A stretch of 64,000 nucleotides of DNA, taken from an uncultured Lentisphaerota bacterium (GTDB lineage Bacteria > Verrucomicrobiota > Kiritimatiellia > CAIQIC01). The stretch covers positions 3,621 to 67,620 of the forward strand of contig CAIWHP010000084.1 of assembly GCA_903912445.1 (NCBI GenBank). Direction: 5' to 3'. A program made the position numbers and the translations under genes. Below, piece by piece: positions 9,609 to 20,477 of the stretch (the first letter of the stretch is position 1; each line of letters opens with the position of its first letter). The notes below the pieces were generated by a model. That model had not been told where the DNA came from. It did no database searches and saw only the letters and a program-made list of their open reading frames with translations.

Positions 9609-10652
9609 ATGAAAAAACACATCGCTCTCACAGTTGTAGCGGGTTGTTTGTTGGCCGCCACCGGCGCGCAGTCTGCGCCCCTGCCTCCGAGTCACTTCAT
9701 CGCGAACGTGCCCTGGCACACGCAGATCAACGGTCTGCTCTGCGGGGCAGGCTCCTTGAACATCGTTTTTGATTTCTGGGGTCCGGACCTCAGCCAGAAG
9801 GCCATCGCCGACGTGGCGCGCAGTTCCTCCATCGGCACCTGGTGTTACGACGTCCAGCGCGCGGGCCACTTCAGCCTCTTGAGCGCGGCTCAAGGCAACT
9901 TCTATCCCGCCGAGGCGCCGATCGCGGGCTTCCCGGAACGGCCGCTCGGCTACGCCTCCTTTGGGCACGCCGCGCCGACCATCTGGCTCAACGAACTCAA
10001 GGCGCTGATCGCGGCGGACATCCCCGTGATCATGCTGATGCATTATGCCCCGGACAGCACCAGCGGCGGCCACTACCGCGTCGCCATCGGCTACGACGAT
10101 GTGCAGGGCGTGATCTACTTCAGCGACCCGTGGGGCCGCGATCTGAAGTATCTGCCCGGCCTGACCGGCGTCATCGCGTGGACCTATGCCGAGGTGGCCA
10201 CCGGCTGGGACTACGTGGCCTACGGCACGCCGCAGCCGTTCTACGGCGTGGCGATCATGCCGTGGAAGGTGGACGTGCAGTCCAAGGGTAAACTGAAGGC
10301 CGGCTCCACCATCACCGTGACGGCCACGGTGAACTATCCGTGCCCGGCCCCGTTCAGCCCCATGCAATTCCCGGCGAGCGACGTCAGCGCGAGCATCGCA
10401 CTCCCCGCCGGCCTGACGCTGCTCGGCGCGCCTAACCTCGCGCTCGGCAACCTGGCCGCCGGCGCGGCCAGAACGGCCACTTGGCAGGTGCGCGTGGACC
10501 AGGTGCCCACCGCGGGCGCGGCGATCACCGTGCAGGCCGGCGGCGTGGTTTCGGGTTCCGTGCCGGAAGCGAACTGGGCCGGCCAGAGCCAGTCCTACCC
10601 GCCCTACAGCTACACCGACCTGATCGGCGGCACGGGTTCGCTCGCGTTCTGA
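9609..10652 (+). CDS. Secreted peptidase C39-like (papain-fold Cys/His) domain protein with C-terminal beta-sandwich domain
   Basis: ATG at 9609 (MKKHIALTVVAGCLLAATGAQSA). QINGLLCGAGSLNIVFDFWG (Cys) ... GGHYRVAIGYDD (His) ... DPWG. Confidence 0.55.
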   Translation: MKKHIALTVVAGCLLAATGAQSAPLPPSHFIANVPWHTQINGLLCGAGSLNIVFDFWGPDLSQKAIADVARSSSIGTWCYDVQRAGHFSLLSAAQGNFYPAEAPIAGFPERPLGYASFGHAAPTIWLNELKALIAADIPVIMLMHYAPDSTSGGHYRVAIGYDDVQGVIYFSDPWGRDLKYLPGLTGVIAWTYAEVATGWDYVAYGTPQPFYGVAIMPWKVDVQSKGKLKAGSTITVTATVNYPCPAPFSPMQFPASDVSASIALPAGLTLLGAPNLALGNLAAGAARTATWQVRVDQVPTAGAAITVQAGGVVSGSVPEANWAGQSQSYPPYSYTDLIGGTGSLAF

Positions 10653-10674
10653 TTCGCAACGCACGACAGTTGAC

Positions 10675-10706
10675 GAGGGGCGGCCAAGTGCCGCCCCTCA
10701 TTTTTT
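10675..10706 (+). terminator. Rho-independent terminator after the C39-like gene
   Basis: gaggggcggc-caagt-gccgcccctc (10-bp GC stem) followed by aTTTTTTgt. Confidence 0.75.
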
Positions 10707-10813
10707 GTCCCGTAGCTGCACTCGTCAGAGTGCGGCGAGCCCAACCCCGCGGAAGCGAAAGCTGATTTGTGAATGGGTGGGGTGGGCGATGGTTGCGCGT
10801 GCTTGGCGTTGCT

Positions 10814-11614
10814 TCAGTAGCCGCCAGCGCCGATGCCGCCGCCTTGGCCGGCGACCTGCTGTCCGGCTTTTTCCGCAGCCTCGCGGCGACGGTATTCGTC
10901 GAGCATCGCGGCCGTGGCGGTCGCGCCGCAGCGTGTGCCGCCGAGGTCGCGGACCTTGATGAGTCCATCGAGATCACGCACGCCCCCGGCAGCCTTGACC
11001 TGCACCTTGGGCGAACAGCTCGCGCGCATCAGCGCGAGGTCGTGTTCGGTCGCGCCCTTGTAGTTATAGCTGCCGTCGGCCTGCTTCACGAAGCCGTAAC
11101 CGGTCGAGGTCTTCACCCAGTCGGCGCCGGCCCGCTCGCAGAGCTGGCAGAGCTTGCGCTTGAAGTCGTCGCTGCCGAGGCCCGCTCCGCCCTTGGTAAG
11201 GTAATCGTTTTCAAAGATGACCTTCACCTGCGCGCTGTGCTTGTGGGCCTCGTCGCAAACGGCCTTCACATCGCGCTCCACGTAGTCCCAGTCGCCGCCA
11301 AGCGCCTTGCCGATGTTGATGACCATGTCGATTTCGACCGCGCCATCGCGGCAGGCGAGTTCGGTCTCGTAGCGTTTGGATTCGGTGCAGGAGTTGCCGT
11401 GCGGGAAGCCGATGACGCAGCCGACCTTGACGCCGGTGCCGCGCAACAGTTCGACCGCGCGCCGGGCTGCGTAGGGCTTGATGCAGACCGAGGCGACGCC
11501 GTACTGCGCCGCGACGCGGCAGCCTTCCTCGAGGTCCGCGTCCGTCATCGTCGGATGCAGCAGCGAGTGGTCAATCATCTTGGCGAGTTCTTCGTAGGTA
11601 TATTTCATGGTCAT
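10814..11614 (-). CDS. deoC: Deoxyribose-phosphate aldolase
   Basis: VCIKP, VIGFPHG, VKTSTGY motifs. ATG at 11614 overlaps the stop of the upstream gene (ATGA). Confidence 0.8.
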   Translation of the reverse strand: MTMKYTYEELAKMIDHSLLHPTMTDADLEEGCRVAAQYGVASVCIKPYAARRAVELLRGTGVKVGCVIGFPHGNSCTESKRYETELACRDGAVEIDMVINIGKALGGDWDYVERDVKAVCDEAHKHSAQVKVIFENDYLTKGGAGLGSDDFKRKLCQLCERAGADWVKTSTGYGFVKQADGSYNYKGATEHDLALMRASCSPKVQVKAAGGVRDLDGLIKVRDLGGTRCGATATAAMLDEYRRREAAEKAGQQVAGQGGGIGAGGY

Positions 11615-12525
11615 CCAAAATAGGGCGCGAGCACATGGCGGGCGACGCGGACGGCGGACTGGCGGCCGGCGAGCGTGCTGCCGAAGGTGCCGTCCTCGAC
11701 CTCGATGCACACCGGGCCGTCGTAGCCGACGTCCATCAGCGCGGCCATGAAGCGCGCCCAGTCAATGTCGCCGTAGCCGGGCAGGCGCGGCTGGTGCCAT
11801 TCGAGCGGCGTGGCGAAGATGCCGACATCGTTGATGCGCTCGCGGCGGATGCGGACATCCTTGGCGTGCAGGTGGAAGAGCTTGTCCTTGAATTCGCGCA
11901 ACGGCGAGAGCGGGTCCATGTGCTGGAGAATGAAATGCGACGGGTCATAGTTGAGGCCGAAGTGCTTGCTCGGGATGTCGCTGAAGGCGCGCCGCCAGAT
12001 GACGGGCGTGGTCAGCAGATTTTTCCCGCCGGGCCACTCGTCGCCGGTGAACAGCATCGGGCAGTTCTCGATGCCGATCTTGATGCCGTGGTCCGCGGCG
12101 AAAGCGATCAGCGGCTTCCACGTCTTGAGAAAGCGCGGCCAGTTGGCGTCCACCGATTTCGTCCAGTCGCGGCCGATGAACGTGTTGACGTTCTGCAGGC
12201 CGAGCAGCGCCGCGGCGCGGATGACCTTCTTGATGTGGTCGGTCGCCTTCTTCGCCGTCACCGGATCTGGGTCGAGGGCGTTCGGATAATAGCCGAGGCC
12301 GGACAGGCCGACGCCATAGCGGGCGCAGAGCGCGTTGACGTCGTCGGCCTGTGCCCGGGTGAAGCCGTTGACATCAATGTGGGTGATGCCGGCGTACTTG
12401 CGCTCGGCCTTGCCGACGGGCCAGCACATGACCTCGATGCACGCGAGGCGCTCGGCGGCGGCGAACTTCAGGACTTCCTCCAGCGACAGCTCCGGCAGAA
12501 TCGCGCTGACTAATCCCAGTTTCAT
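11611..12525 (-). CDS. Sugar phosphate isomerase/epimerase (xylose-isomerase-like TIM barrel)
   Basis: 304 aa; metal-binding residues in GIENCP / HLHAKD / IEVEDG pattern. Confidence 0.7.
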   Translation of the reverse strand: MKLGLVSAILPELSLEEVLKFAAAERLACIEVMCWPVGKAERKYAGITHIDVNGFTRAQADDVNALCARYGVGLSGLGYYPNALDPDPVTAKKATDHIKKVIRAAALLGLQNVNTFIGRDWTKSVDANWPRFLKTWKPLIAFAADHGIKIGIENCPMLFTGDEWPGGKNLLTTPVIWRRAFSDIPSKHFGLNYDPSHFILQHMDPLSPLREFKDKLFHLHAKDVRIRRERINDVGIFATPLEWHQPRLPGYGDIDWARFMAALMDVGYDGPVCIEVEDGTFGSTLAGRQSAVRVARHVLAPYFG

Positions 12526-12566
12526 TTTTTTTCCTTTCGTTGTGAATCAGACCGCACGCAAACCGA

Positions 12567-13534
12567 TCAACCTGGTTTCAGGCCACCGTGCCGGGCGAGG
12601 GCGATGCCGCCCAGCAGCCCGGCCTTGTCGCCGAGCGCGGAGCGCTCGATGCGGATAGCCTGCGTCGGGATCATCCCCACGCGGCGCTGGAGCGTTTCGC
12701 GCATCGGGCCGATCAGCAGCTCGCCCAGCTCGGCCACGCCGCCACCGAGGACAATCAGGTCCGGATGCAACGCCACCACCAGGTTGGCGGCGCCGATGCC
12801 GAGCCATTCGGCGGCGCGGCGGATGGCGGCGGCCACACCGGCATCGCCTGCGCGGGCGGCCGCGCCCATGGTTCTGGGCGAAACCTTTTCCACCTGGCCC
12901 TCGCACAGCTCGTGCAGCTTGGGCGCATTGCCGCTCAACAACAGGCGGACGCCCTCGGCGGTGATGGCCGGGCCGCTGGCCAGCGCTTCGAGACAGCCGC
13001 GGTTGCCGCAACCGCACAGGGGCCCGTCGGGCAAGATGGTTTGGTGTCCGATTTCGCCGGCTGCGCCCAGCGGGCCCAGCCGCAGTTGGCGCTCCACCAC
13101 GATGCCGCCGCCGATGCCCGTGCCGAGCGTGAAGAAGATCATGGTCTGCGCGTCGCGGCCGCTGCCGAAGGTCAGCTCGCCCAGCGCCGCGGCACGCGCG
13201 TCGTTGAGCAGGTAGACGGGATAACCGAGTTTCGGCTCCAGCGTCGCGCGCACCGGCACCTCGCGCCATTGCGTCGGCAGATTCGGCAGAAAGGTGGTGA
13301 CGCCGTTGGCAAGATCGGCCAGGCCTGGGACGCCCATGCCGAGCGCGACCGGCTGCACGCCGCTTTGCCGGGCCAGCCTGCCCAGCAGGGTCGCGATGCG
13401 CCCCAGCACGGCGGGCGGCCCTTCGTGCGAGAGCGTCGGTTCCTTGGCCTCGGCGATGATCCGGCCTGTTTCATCCGCGAGGGCGGCGCTGACGTTCGTG
13501 CCGCCGAGATCCACGCTGGCGAAGATGGACTTCA

Positions 13535-13535
<1 letters not shown>
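12567..13535 (-). CDS. ROK family sugar kinase
   Basis: ATG at 13535 (MKSIFASVDLGGTN). ROK zinc motif CGCGNRGCLE. Start overlaps the stop of the oxidoreductase gene (ATGA). Confidence 0.75.
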
Positions 13536-14671
<1,136 letters not shown>

Positions 14672-14684
14672 GCTCGTATGCTCC

Positions 14685-15464
14685 CTATTGCTTCCGGTTC
14701 AAATCCAACAGCACGCCCGCCGCCGGGCGCGCGGCCTGGATCGGCCCGAGGCGGTTGTGAAATTCGTAGGCGTCGCCGCGGTACAGCGTCAGCTCGCGCC
14801 AGAGCGGCACGCCGCCGCCGAGATAACCCACCGAGGTGACCAGCAGTCCGGCCGTCCCTTCGGCCACGCGCAGCAACCGCGCATCTTCGCCGCGGATCGC
14901 CACCGCGCGGATCACCTGGTCGGCGCCGGCGATCTTCAGCTTCAACTGCTCCGTCCACACGGCATACAGCGAACCCTTGACGGCGCTCTTGTTCAACCCG
15001 GCGCAGAAGTGCGCCACGATGTGGCGGCGTTCCACGATCACCGGCGTGCCGTCGGTCAGCCGCAGGCGCTCAAGATAGAAGAGTTCATCTTGCGGCTGAA
15101 TGCGCAGCGCGCCGAGCACCTCCGCGCCAGCCTGCGCGGCCCGCATCGTGGCGAAGCGCAGCACGCGCGTCGCGGGCTGCTTGCCGGCGGCCGCGGCCTT
15201 GTCGGTGAAGCTCACCAGCGCGGCGAGGTCATAGTCGAGCGCGCCGCCGCGTACGAACGTGCCGACGCCCTTCTTGAATTCCAGCACGCCCTCCGCGACG
15301 AGGTTGGAAACCGCCTTGTTGGCGGTGACGCGGCTGACGCCGAACCGCTCGCCGATCTCGCGCTCGGTGGGGAACTTGTCGCCCGCCTTGAACTCGCCGC
15401 CGCGGAGCAGCGCGCGCAGCTTGTCGTTGAGCTGGCTGTAAATCGGATGTTGGGTCCGGGTCAT
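14685..15464 (-). CDS. GntR family transcriptional regulator (HutC/NagR-like, HTH + UTRA domain)
   Basis: N-terminal KLRALLRGGEFKAGDKFPTEREIGERFGVSRVTANKAVSNLVAEGVL winged HTH; C-terminal UTRA-like domain. Confidence 0.75.
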   Translation of the reverse strand: MTRTQHPIYSQLNDKLRALLRGGEFKAGDKFPTEREIGERFGVSRVTANKAVSNLVAEGVLEFKKGVGTFVRGGALDYDLAALVSFTDKAAAAGKQPATRVLRFATMRAAQAGAEVLGALRIQPQDELFYLERLRLTDGTPVIVERRHIVAHFCAGLNKSAVKGSLYAVWTEQLKLKIAGADQVIRAVAIRGEDARLLRVAEGTAGLLVTSVGYLGGGVPLWRELTLYRGDAYEFHNRLGPIQAARPAAGVLLDLNRKQ

Positions 15465-15597
15465 GGTCGTGGCCTAGCCACGCGCAGTTGGTAGCATGGC
15501 CCGCGTTTGTCCGTCAAGCGCGCGGTTGACAGTTTTCCGCGGAAGAGCTACATACCGCGTGGCTATGCCACCTATCCCTGACAGCCCGGGTTGGCGT

Positions 15598-15705
15598 TTC
15601 CAAGGCTTGGAAAACATCCGCCGTATTTTTCCAAGGCTTGGAAGATTATCCGTGAAACGTTCCAAGCCCTGGAAAAACGCCGGCAATATTTTCCAATCCT
15701 TGGAA
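15598..15705. repeat. Palindromic element array R4 (4 copies, centres 15605, 15636, 15667, 15698)
   Basis: ttccaaggcttggaa x2, ttccaagccctggaa, ttccaatccttggaa; 31 bp phasing; lies in the divergent GntR/sulfatase intergenic region; the last copy overlaps the candidate TTG start of the sulfatase. Confidence 0.85.
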
Positions 15706-16992
15706 CCCCGCACCCTCGCACTCGCCGGTTTGCTGGCGTGGTCGGCGGCCGGGGCGGTGGAAAAGCCCAACATCATCCTCATCAACTGCGACGATCTCGG
15801 CTATGGCGACCTGGGCTGCTGCGGCGCGCAGGACATCCGCACGCCGCAGCTCGACCGCATGGCGGCGGAGGGCACCCGTCTCACCGATTTCTCGGTGACC
15901 TCGGCGCTCTGCACGCCGTCGCGCGCCGCGCTGATGACGGGAAAGTATCCGGGCCGCGTCGGTCTGGCGGCGGGCGTGCTGCGGCCGGATGCGACGAACG
16001 GGCTCGCGGGCTGCGAGGCGACGCTGGCGGAGGTTTTGAAGCCGGCGGGCTATGTGACGGGGTGCATCGGCAAGTGGCATCTCGGCTTCGTCCAAGGCAT
16101 GCGGCCAATGGACCAGGGCTTCGACAGCTACTACGGCGTGCTGCACAACCTGGACAAGTTTGAGACCATCTGCTTCGAGCAGGAGGGCGGCATGCCGGTC
16201 CTGCGCGGCAACGTGGTGGAAAAGCGCCCCGCGGTGCCGGCGGAGATGACCGGGCTGTATACGGCGGAGGCGCTGAAGTTCATCGAGGCCAACCGCGGGC
16301 GTCCGTTCTTCCTTTACCTTGGCCACGCCATGCCGCACCTTCCGTTCGATGCTTCGGCGAAGTTCAAAGGCAAATCCGGCCGCGGTCTCTTTGGCGACGT
16401 GGTGGAGGAACTCGACGACAGCACCGGCCAGATTCTCGACAAGCTGCGCGCGCTTGGCCTGGCGGAGAAGACGCTCGTCATTTTCACGAGCGACAACGGG
16501 CCGGAGCGCAACACGCCCGGCAGCGCGAAACCCTTCCATGGCGGGAAACACACTGTGTTTGAGGGCGGGCTGCGCATGCCGTGCCTCGTGTGGTGGCCCG
16601 GCCATGTGCCCGCCGGCCGCGTGTGCGATGAATTCATGGCCACACTCGATTTTTTGCCCACGTTCGCCCGGTTCGCCGGAACGCCGCTGCCTGCGCAGGT
16701 GGACGGCTTCGATCAGCTTGACGTCCTGCTCGGCCGTCCCGGCGCGAAATCGCCGCGCACCACGCTCTATTCGCTCTATGGCTTCGGCCAGCATCGTTTC
16801 GAGTCCATGCGCGAAGGCCGCTGGAAACTGCACCTCGGTGCGCCGCCCAAGCTCTTCGATCTCGGCAGCGACCTCGGCGAGGCCACCGATGTTGCCGCGC
16901 AGCATCCCGACGGTGTACAAAGGCTGCAGGCGCTCGCGGAGCATATCCGCGGGGAGCTCAAAGACCGTGCGCCAACAGGAGCAACACGATGA
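15700..16992 (+). CDS. Cys-type sulfatase (arylsulfatase family), secreted
   Basis: CTPSRAALMTGK formylglycine signature. Start uncertain: TTG 15700 (MEPRTLALAGLLAWSAAGA) or GTG 15652. The in-frame ATG at 15562 would place all four repeat copies inside the CDS and is rejected. Confidence 0.75.
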   Translation: MEPRTLALAGLLAWSAAGAVEKPNIILINCDDLGYGDLGCCGAQDIRTPQLDRMAAEGTRLTDFSVTSALCTPSRAALMTGKYPGRVGLAAGVLRPDATNGLAGCEATLAEVLKPAGYVTGCIGKWHLGFVQGMRPMDQGFDSYYGVLHNLDKFETICFEQEGGMPVLRGNVVEKRPAVPAEMTGLYTAEALKFIEANRGRPFFLYLGHAMPHLPFDASAKFKGKSGRGLFGDVVEELDDSTGQILDKLRALGLAEKTLVIFTSDNGPERNTPGSAKPFHGGKHTVFEGGLRMPCLVWWPGHVPAGRVCDEFMATLDFLPTFARFAGTPLPAQVDGFDQLDVLLGRPGAKSPRTTLYSLYGFGQHRFESMREGRWKLHLGAPPKLFDLGSDLGEATDVAAQHPDGVQRLQALAEHIRGELKDRAPTGATR

Positions 16993-19373
16993 GTGGCAGG
17001 ATGAAATTTTCGCGCCGTGAATTTCTGGCGGCCTCCGGGCTGGCGGCAGGCGGGCTGGTCATGTTCGGCCGGAGCCGCGTGGCCCTGGCGGCGGTGCAGA
17101 CGCCCAACGCCGACATGGCGGCGCTGCGGCAGGCGCTGCTGGACTCGCCGGTTGACGTCGCGTTGCATCGAGCCAAGATCTTCACGAAAGTCTTCCAGCA
17201 GCACGAGGCAGAGCCGTGGATCGTCCGGAAGGCGCTCGCGCTGCGCGAATATTTCGCGACCGTGCCGCTCTATCTGCGCGAGCACGATGGCTTCGCGGGC
17301 GCGATCAGCGAGACGCCGGGCGCGATGCCGCTGCTGGTCGAGCTGGGCATTGCGGAGAACAACATCTACACGAGCGAGCGCCCCGAGCGCGCGGGCTACC
17401 TTGCCGGGAAAGTACCGGACGACATCCAGGAGTATTGGCTCAATCGCAACATGTGGGGCCGGTATCGCACGGAAATTCTCGGCCAGCCGCCGGCCAAGAG
17501 CCGCGCCGAGCTGAAAGCCAATCCGGGCTACAAGTTCATTTCCAACCAAGGCCACCTCTGCCCCAGCTATGCGGGGCTGCTCCGCGTCGGCATCGGCGGG
17601 CTGCGGCAGAACATCGCGACGCGGCGGCAGGGCGAGGCCGACGCCGCGCAGCTCGCCTTCCTTACGGCGGCGGACCACACGCTCGCCGGCCTCTCCACGT
17701 GGGCGCAGCGCTACAGCGCATTCCTCGCGAAGGAAAAGCAGCAGGCCGAGATGGCGCGTATCTGCGCGAAGATTGCGACGCAGCCGCCGGAGACGTTCCG
17801 CGAGGCGCTACAGTTGATCTGGCTCGCGCACCAGGCGATCCACATCGAGGGTCACGGCTATTCCTGCACGCCCGACCGGCTCGACCAGTTGCTGCTGCCG
17901 TTCTACGAAGCGGATCGCAAGGCCGGCCGGCTCGATGATGCCGGCGTCATCCGGCTGACCGAAAACTTCGTGCTCAAGATGTTCGACAACACCTACTGGG
18001 GACCGGAGCACCATCTGACGCAGGGCTTCGTGGTCGGCGGCTCGACGCCCGACGGGCGCGACCTGACGAACCGCTTGAGCTGGCTGATGCTCGAAGGCGC
18101 GACGAACATGGCGCTGCCGGAACCGCTGGTCTGGGTCCGCTGGCATCCGGCGATCGATCAAAAGTTTTTCGACTTCTGCCTGACGCGGCTGACGCGCACC
18201 ACCTGTTTCCCGATGCTCTGGAACGACAAGGTCGTGCCGCAAGGCCTGATGAATCTCGGCGTCAGCCGCGAGGACGCGTTCAACTACACGCCCGTCGGTT
18301 GCAACGAGCTGGGCATCCCCGGCCAATTCTATTACAACCCCAACGCAAACGTCAGCTACCTTGCCGCGATCGAGGCGGCGCTGACGGGCGGCAAAGGTTA
18401 TCGGCAGCAGTGGAAGTGGTGGAAAATTGCGCCACCAGCGAGCGAACTGAAGACGTTCGACCAGTTCTCTGCCGCGGTCGGCGCCTATATCCGCAAGCAA
18501 CTCGAGCAATCCTACGCCGCCGACATGAAGGTGCTGCAGGCGCAGATGACGTGGGGCGTGACGCCGCTGACTTCCTGCTTCTTCCACGGCTGCATCGAGC
18601 GCGCCCGCGACATGGTGCAAGGCACCAAGTACAACATCCTATCCTGCGGCGGTATCGCCTTTGCCAATGCCGTGGACTGCATGGCCGCCGTGCGCGACGT
18701 GGTCTTTGAAAAGAAAGCGGCCACGCTCGACGAAGTGGCGACGGCCTGCACCGCGAACTTCCAGGGTCACGAACGGCTGCGTGCCAAGCTGTGCGCCGCG
18801 CCGAAGCATGGCAACGACGACCCACGCGTGGACGATATCATCAAGCTGGTCGAGCGCCTGCGGGACGAGCCGATGCAGGACATCTGCCGTGACCCACGCG
18901 ACGGAAGCAAGTTCGGCAACAGCCATGTCGTCCGCAGCGGCGCCGTGACGATGGGCCGCGGCACGCCCGCCACGCCCGACGGCCGCCTCGCCGGGACGCC
19001 GGTGGCCAATTCCGTCGCCGTCTCCGCCGGCTGCGAGCGCAGCGGCCCGACCGCCACGCTCAACTCCGTCTGCAAGCTCGATGCCGCCAAGAGCTGGCAG
19101 TGCGCCTACCAGGTCAACATCCGCTTCCACGCCGGCATGATCGCCGACGAGGGCCAGCGCGAAATACTGCGCGCGATGTTGAACGTCTATTTCCAGAACG
19201 GCGGGCAGGAGCTGCAGATCAACGTCGTGGATTCCGCCGCCCTGCGCGCGGCGCAGAAAAATCCGGAACAATATCGCGACCTCGTCGTCCGCGTCGCCGG
19301 CTTCAGCGAGTTCTTCGTGAACCTCACGCCGGAGATGCAGAACGAAGTCATCGCCCGCACGGAGCACATGTGA
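16989..19373 (+). CDS. Glycyl radical enzyme (pyruvate formate-lyase superfamily; specificity unknown) with N-terminal twin-arginine-like signal peptide
   Basis: ATG 16989 overlaps the sulfatase TGA. N-terminus MSGRMKFSRREFLAASGLAAGGLVMFGRSRVALAA. Glycyl-radical motif RVAGFSEFF near the C-terminus. Cys-loop VGCNELGIP. Confidence 0.8.
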   Translation: MSGRMKFSRREFLAASGLAAGGLVMFGRSRVALAAVQTPNADMAALRQALLDSPVDVALHRAKIFTKVFQQHEAEPWIVRKALALREYFATVPLYLREHDGFAGAISETPGAMPLLVELGIAENNIYTSERPERAGYLAGKVPDDIQEYWLNRNMWGRYRTEILGQPPAKSRAELKANPGYKFISNQGHLCPSYAGLLRVGIGGLRQNIATRRQGEADAAQLAFLTAADHTLAGLSTWAQRYSAFLAKEKQQAEMARICAKIATQPPETFREALQLIWLAHQAIHIEGHGYSCTPDRLDQLLLPFYEADRKAGRLDDAGVIRLTENFVLKMFDNTYWGPEHHLTQGFVVGGSTPDGRDLTNRLSWLMLEGATNMALPEPLVWVRWHPAIDQKFFDFCLTRLTRTTCFPMLWNDKVVPQGLMNLGVSREDAFNYTPVGCNELGIPGQFYYNPNANVSYLAAIEAALTGGKGYRQQWKWWKIAPPASELKTFDQFSAAVGAYIRKQLEQSYAADMKVLQAQMTWGVTPLTSCFFHGCIERARDMVQGTKYNILSCGGIAFANAVDCMAAVRDVVFEKKAATLDEVATACTANFQGHERLRAKLCAAPKHGNDDPRVDDIIKLVERLRDEPMQDICRDPRDGSKFGNSHVVRSGAVTMGRGTPATPDGRLAGTPVANSVAVSAGCERSGPTATLNSVCKLDAAKSWQCAYQVNIRFHAGMIADEGQREILRAMLNVYFQNGGQELQINVVDSAALRAAQKNPEQYRDLVVRVAGFSEFFVNLTPEMQNEVIARTEHM

Positions 19374-20275
19374 GCACCGGACGCGTCTTTGATATCCAGC
19401 GGTTCTCGATCCACGACGGGCCGGGCATCCGCACCACAGTGTTTCTCAAGGGCTGTCCGCTGCGCTGCCTCTGGTGCAGCAACCCGGAGAGCATTGACCC
19501 CAAGCCGCAGCTCTCATTCATGGCCGAAAAATGCATCGCGTGTGGCGCGTGCTATGCGGTCTGCAAGCCGGGCGCGCTGGCGAAGGGCACCGACGGCAAG
19601 GCGCAGCTCGACCGCGCGCGCTGCACGAACTGCGGCGACTGCGCGGGTATCTGCGACGCGCAGGCGCTGGAGCTGGTCGGCCGCGACCTGCGCGCCGGCG
19701 AGGTGCTCGAGGTGGTGCTGCGCGACCGCGACTACTACGTCCAATCCGGAGGCGGCCTTACGCTCTCCGGCGGCGAGCCGCTGCTGCAGCCGGAATTTGT
19801 CGAGGAGCTGCTCCTCGCCGCGCGCAGCCAGGGCTTGCACTGCTGCGTCGAGACCGCCGGTTACGCCGGCTGGGAAGTTTTTGACCGGCTCAAGCGCGGC
19901 GTGGACCTGTGGCTCTTCGACTACAAGGAGAGCGATCCCAGCCTGCACGCCAAATTTACCGGCCGCGAACGCGAAACCATCGTCGCGCGTTTGCAGCAGC
20001 TCCACGACAGCGGCGCGAAAATTCTGCTGCGCTGCCCGATGATTCCGCAGTGCAACACGCGGACGGAACATCTCGACGGCATCGCCGCGCTCGCCCGCCA
20101 GCTGCCGCAGCTCGTCGGCGTGGAACTGCTGCCTTACTTCGACCTCTGGCGCGCCAAGCTCAAACGCTTCGGCCTGACCACCGCGCTGCCCGACACCGTC
20201 AAGCCGCCCTCGCGCGAACAGCTTAAGGGCTGGAGCGATTATCTCCGCACCCGCGGCGTCCGCCTCATCGGCTGA
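19370..20275 (+). CDS. Glycyl-radical-enzyme activating enzyme (radical SAM, with ferredoxin-like insert)
   Basis: GTG 19370 overlaps the GRE stop. CPLRCLWC (CxxxCxxC) plus CIACGACYAVC and CTNCGDCAGIC clusters. No signal peptide. Confidence 0.85.
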   Translation: MSTGRVFDIQRFSIHDGPGIRTTVFLKGCPLRCLWCSNPESIDPKPQLSFMAEKCIACGACYAVCKPGALAKGTDGKAQLDRARCTNCGDCAGICDAQALELVGRDLRAGEVLEVVLRDRDYYVQSGGGLTLSGGEPLLQPEFVEELLLAARSQGLHCCVETAGYAGWEVFDRLKRGVDLWLFDYKESDPSLHAKFTGRERETIVARLQQLHDSGAKILLRCPMIPQCNTRTEHLDGIAALARQLPQLVGVELLPYFDLWRAKLKRFGLTTALPDTVKPPSREQLKGWSDYLRTRGVRLIG

Positions 20276-20285
20276 CCGTTGCAGT

Positions 20286-20380
20286 TTCCAAGGCTTGGGC
20301 CTATTCCTCCGGTAATTCCACGACGGGGAGAAATTCCAATGTTCGGGGAAAGTACCGGTTTGCTTTTACAGCCCTTGGAA
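20286..20380. repeat. Palindromic element array R5 (clear copies centred 20293 and 20373; degenerate copies between)
   Basis: ttccaaggcttgggc ... ttacagcccttggaa. Confidence 0.6.
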
Positions 20381-20443
20381 AACCGTAAAAACCTAAGCTG
20401 AAACGGTGCGCACGGTCATTTGTTCTTTCGTCGGGGCCACGGC

Positions 20444-20471
20444 TTGACTGCGGGAGCGGCGGGGTTAACAT
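20444..20471 (+). promoter_or_regulatory. Sigma70-like promoter candidate TTGACT-N16-TAACAT ending 7 nt before the ATG (possible leaderless mRNA)
   Basis: Sequence only; no RBS between the -10 and the ATG at 20478. Confidence 0.25.
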
Positions 20472-20477
20472 GCGCGC

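Noticed and set aside
15496-15700. Small peptides FQGLEN / SKPWK / FPRLGK encoded across repeat copies (e.g. ORFs 15591-16163, 50467-50658, 39-362)
   Set aside because: They are translation artefacts of the palindromic DNA element. The same peptide appears in several frames and strands and always coincides with the repeat.
15598-15705. CRISPR-like appearance of the phased arrays (19-bp repeat, about 13-bp 'spacers')
   Set aside because: The repeats are palindromic and degenerate within an array, the spacers are far too short, each array has only 2-4 units, no cas genes are present, and arrays occur at many loci upstream of unrelated genes.
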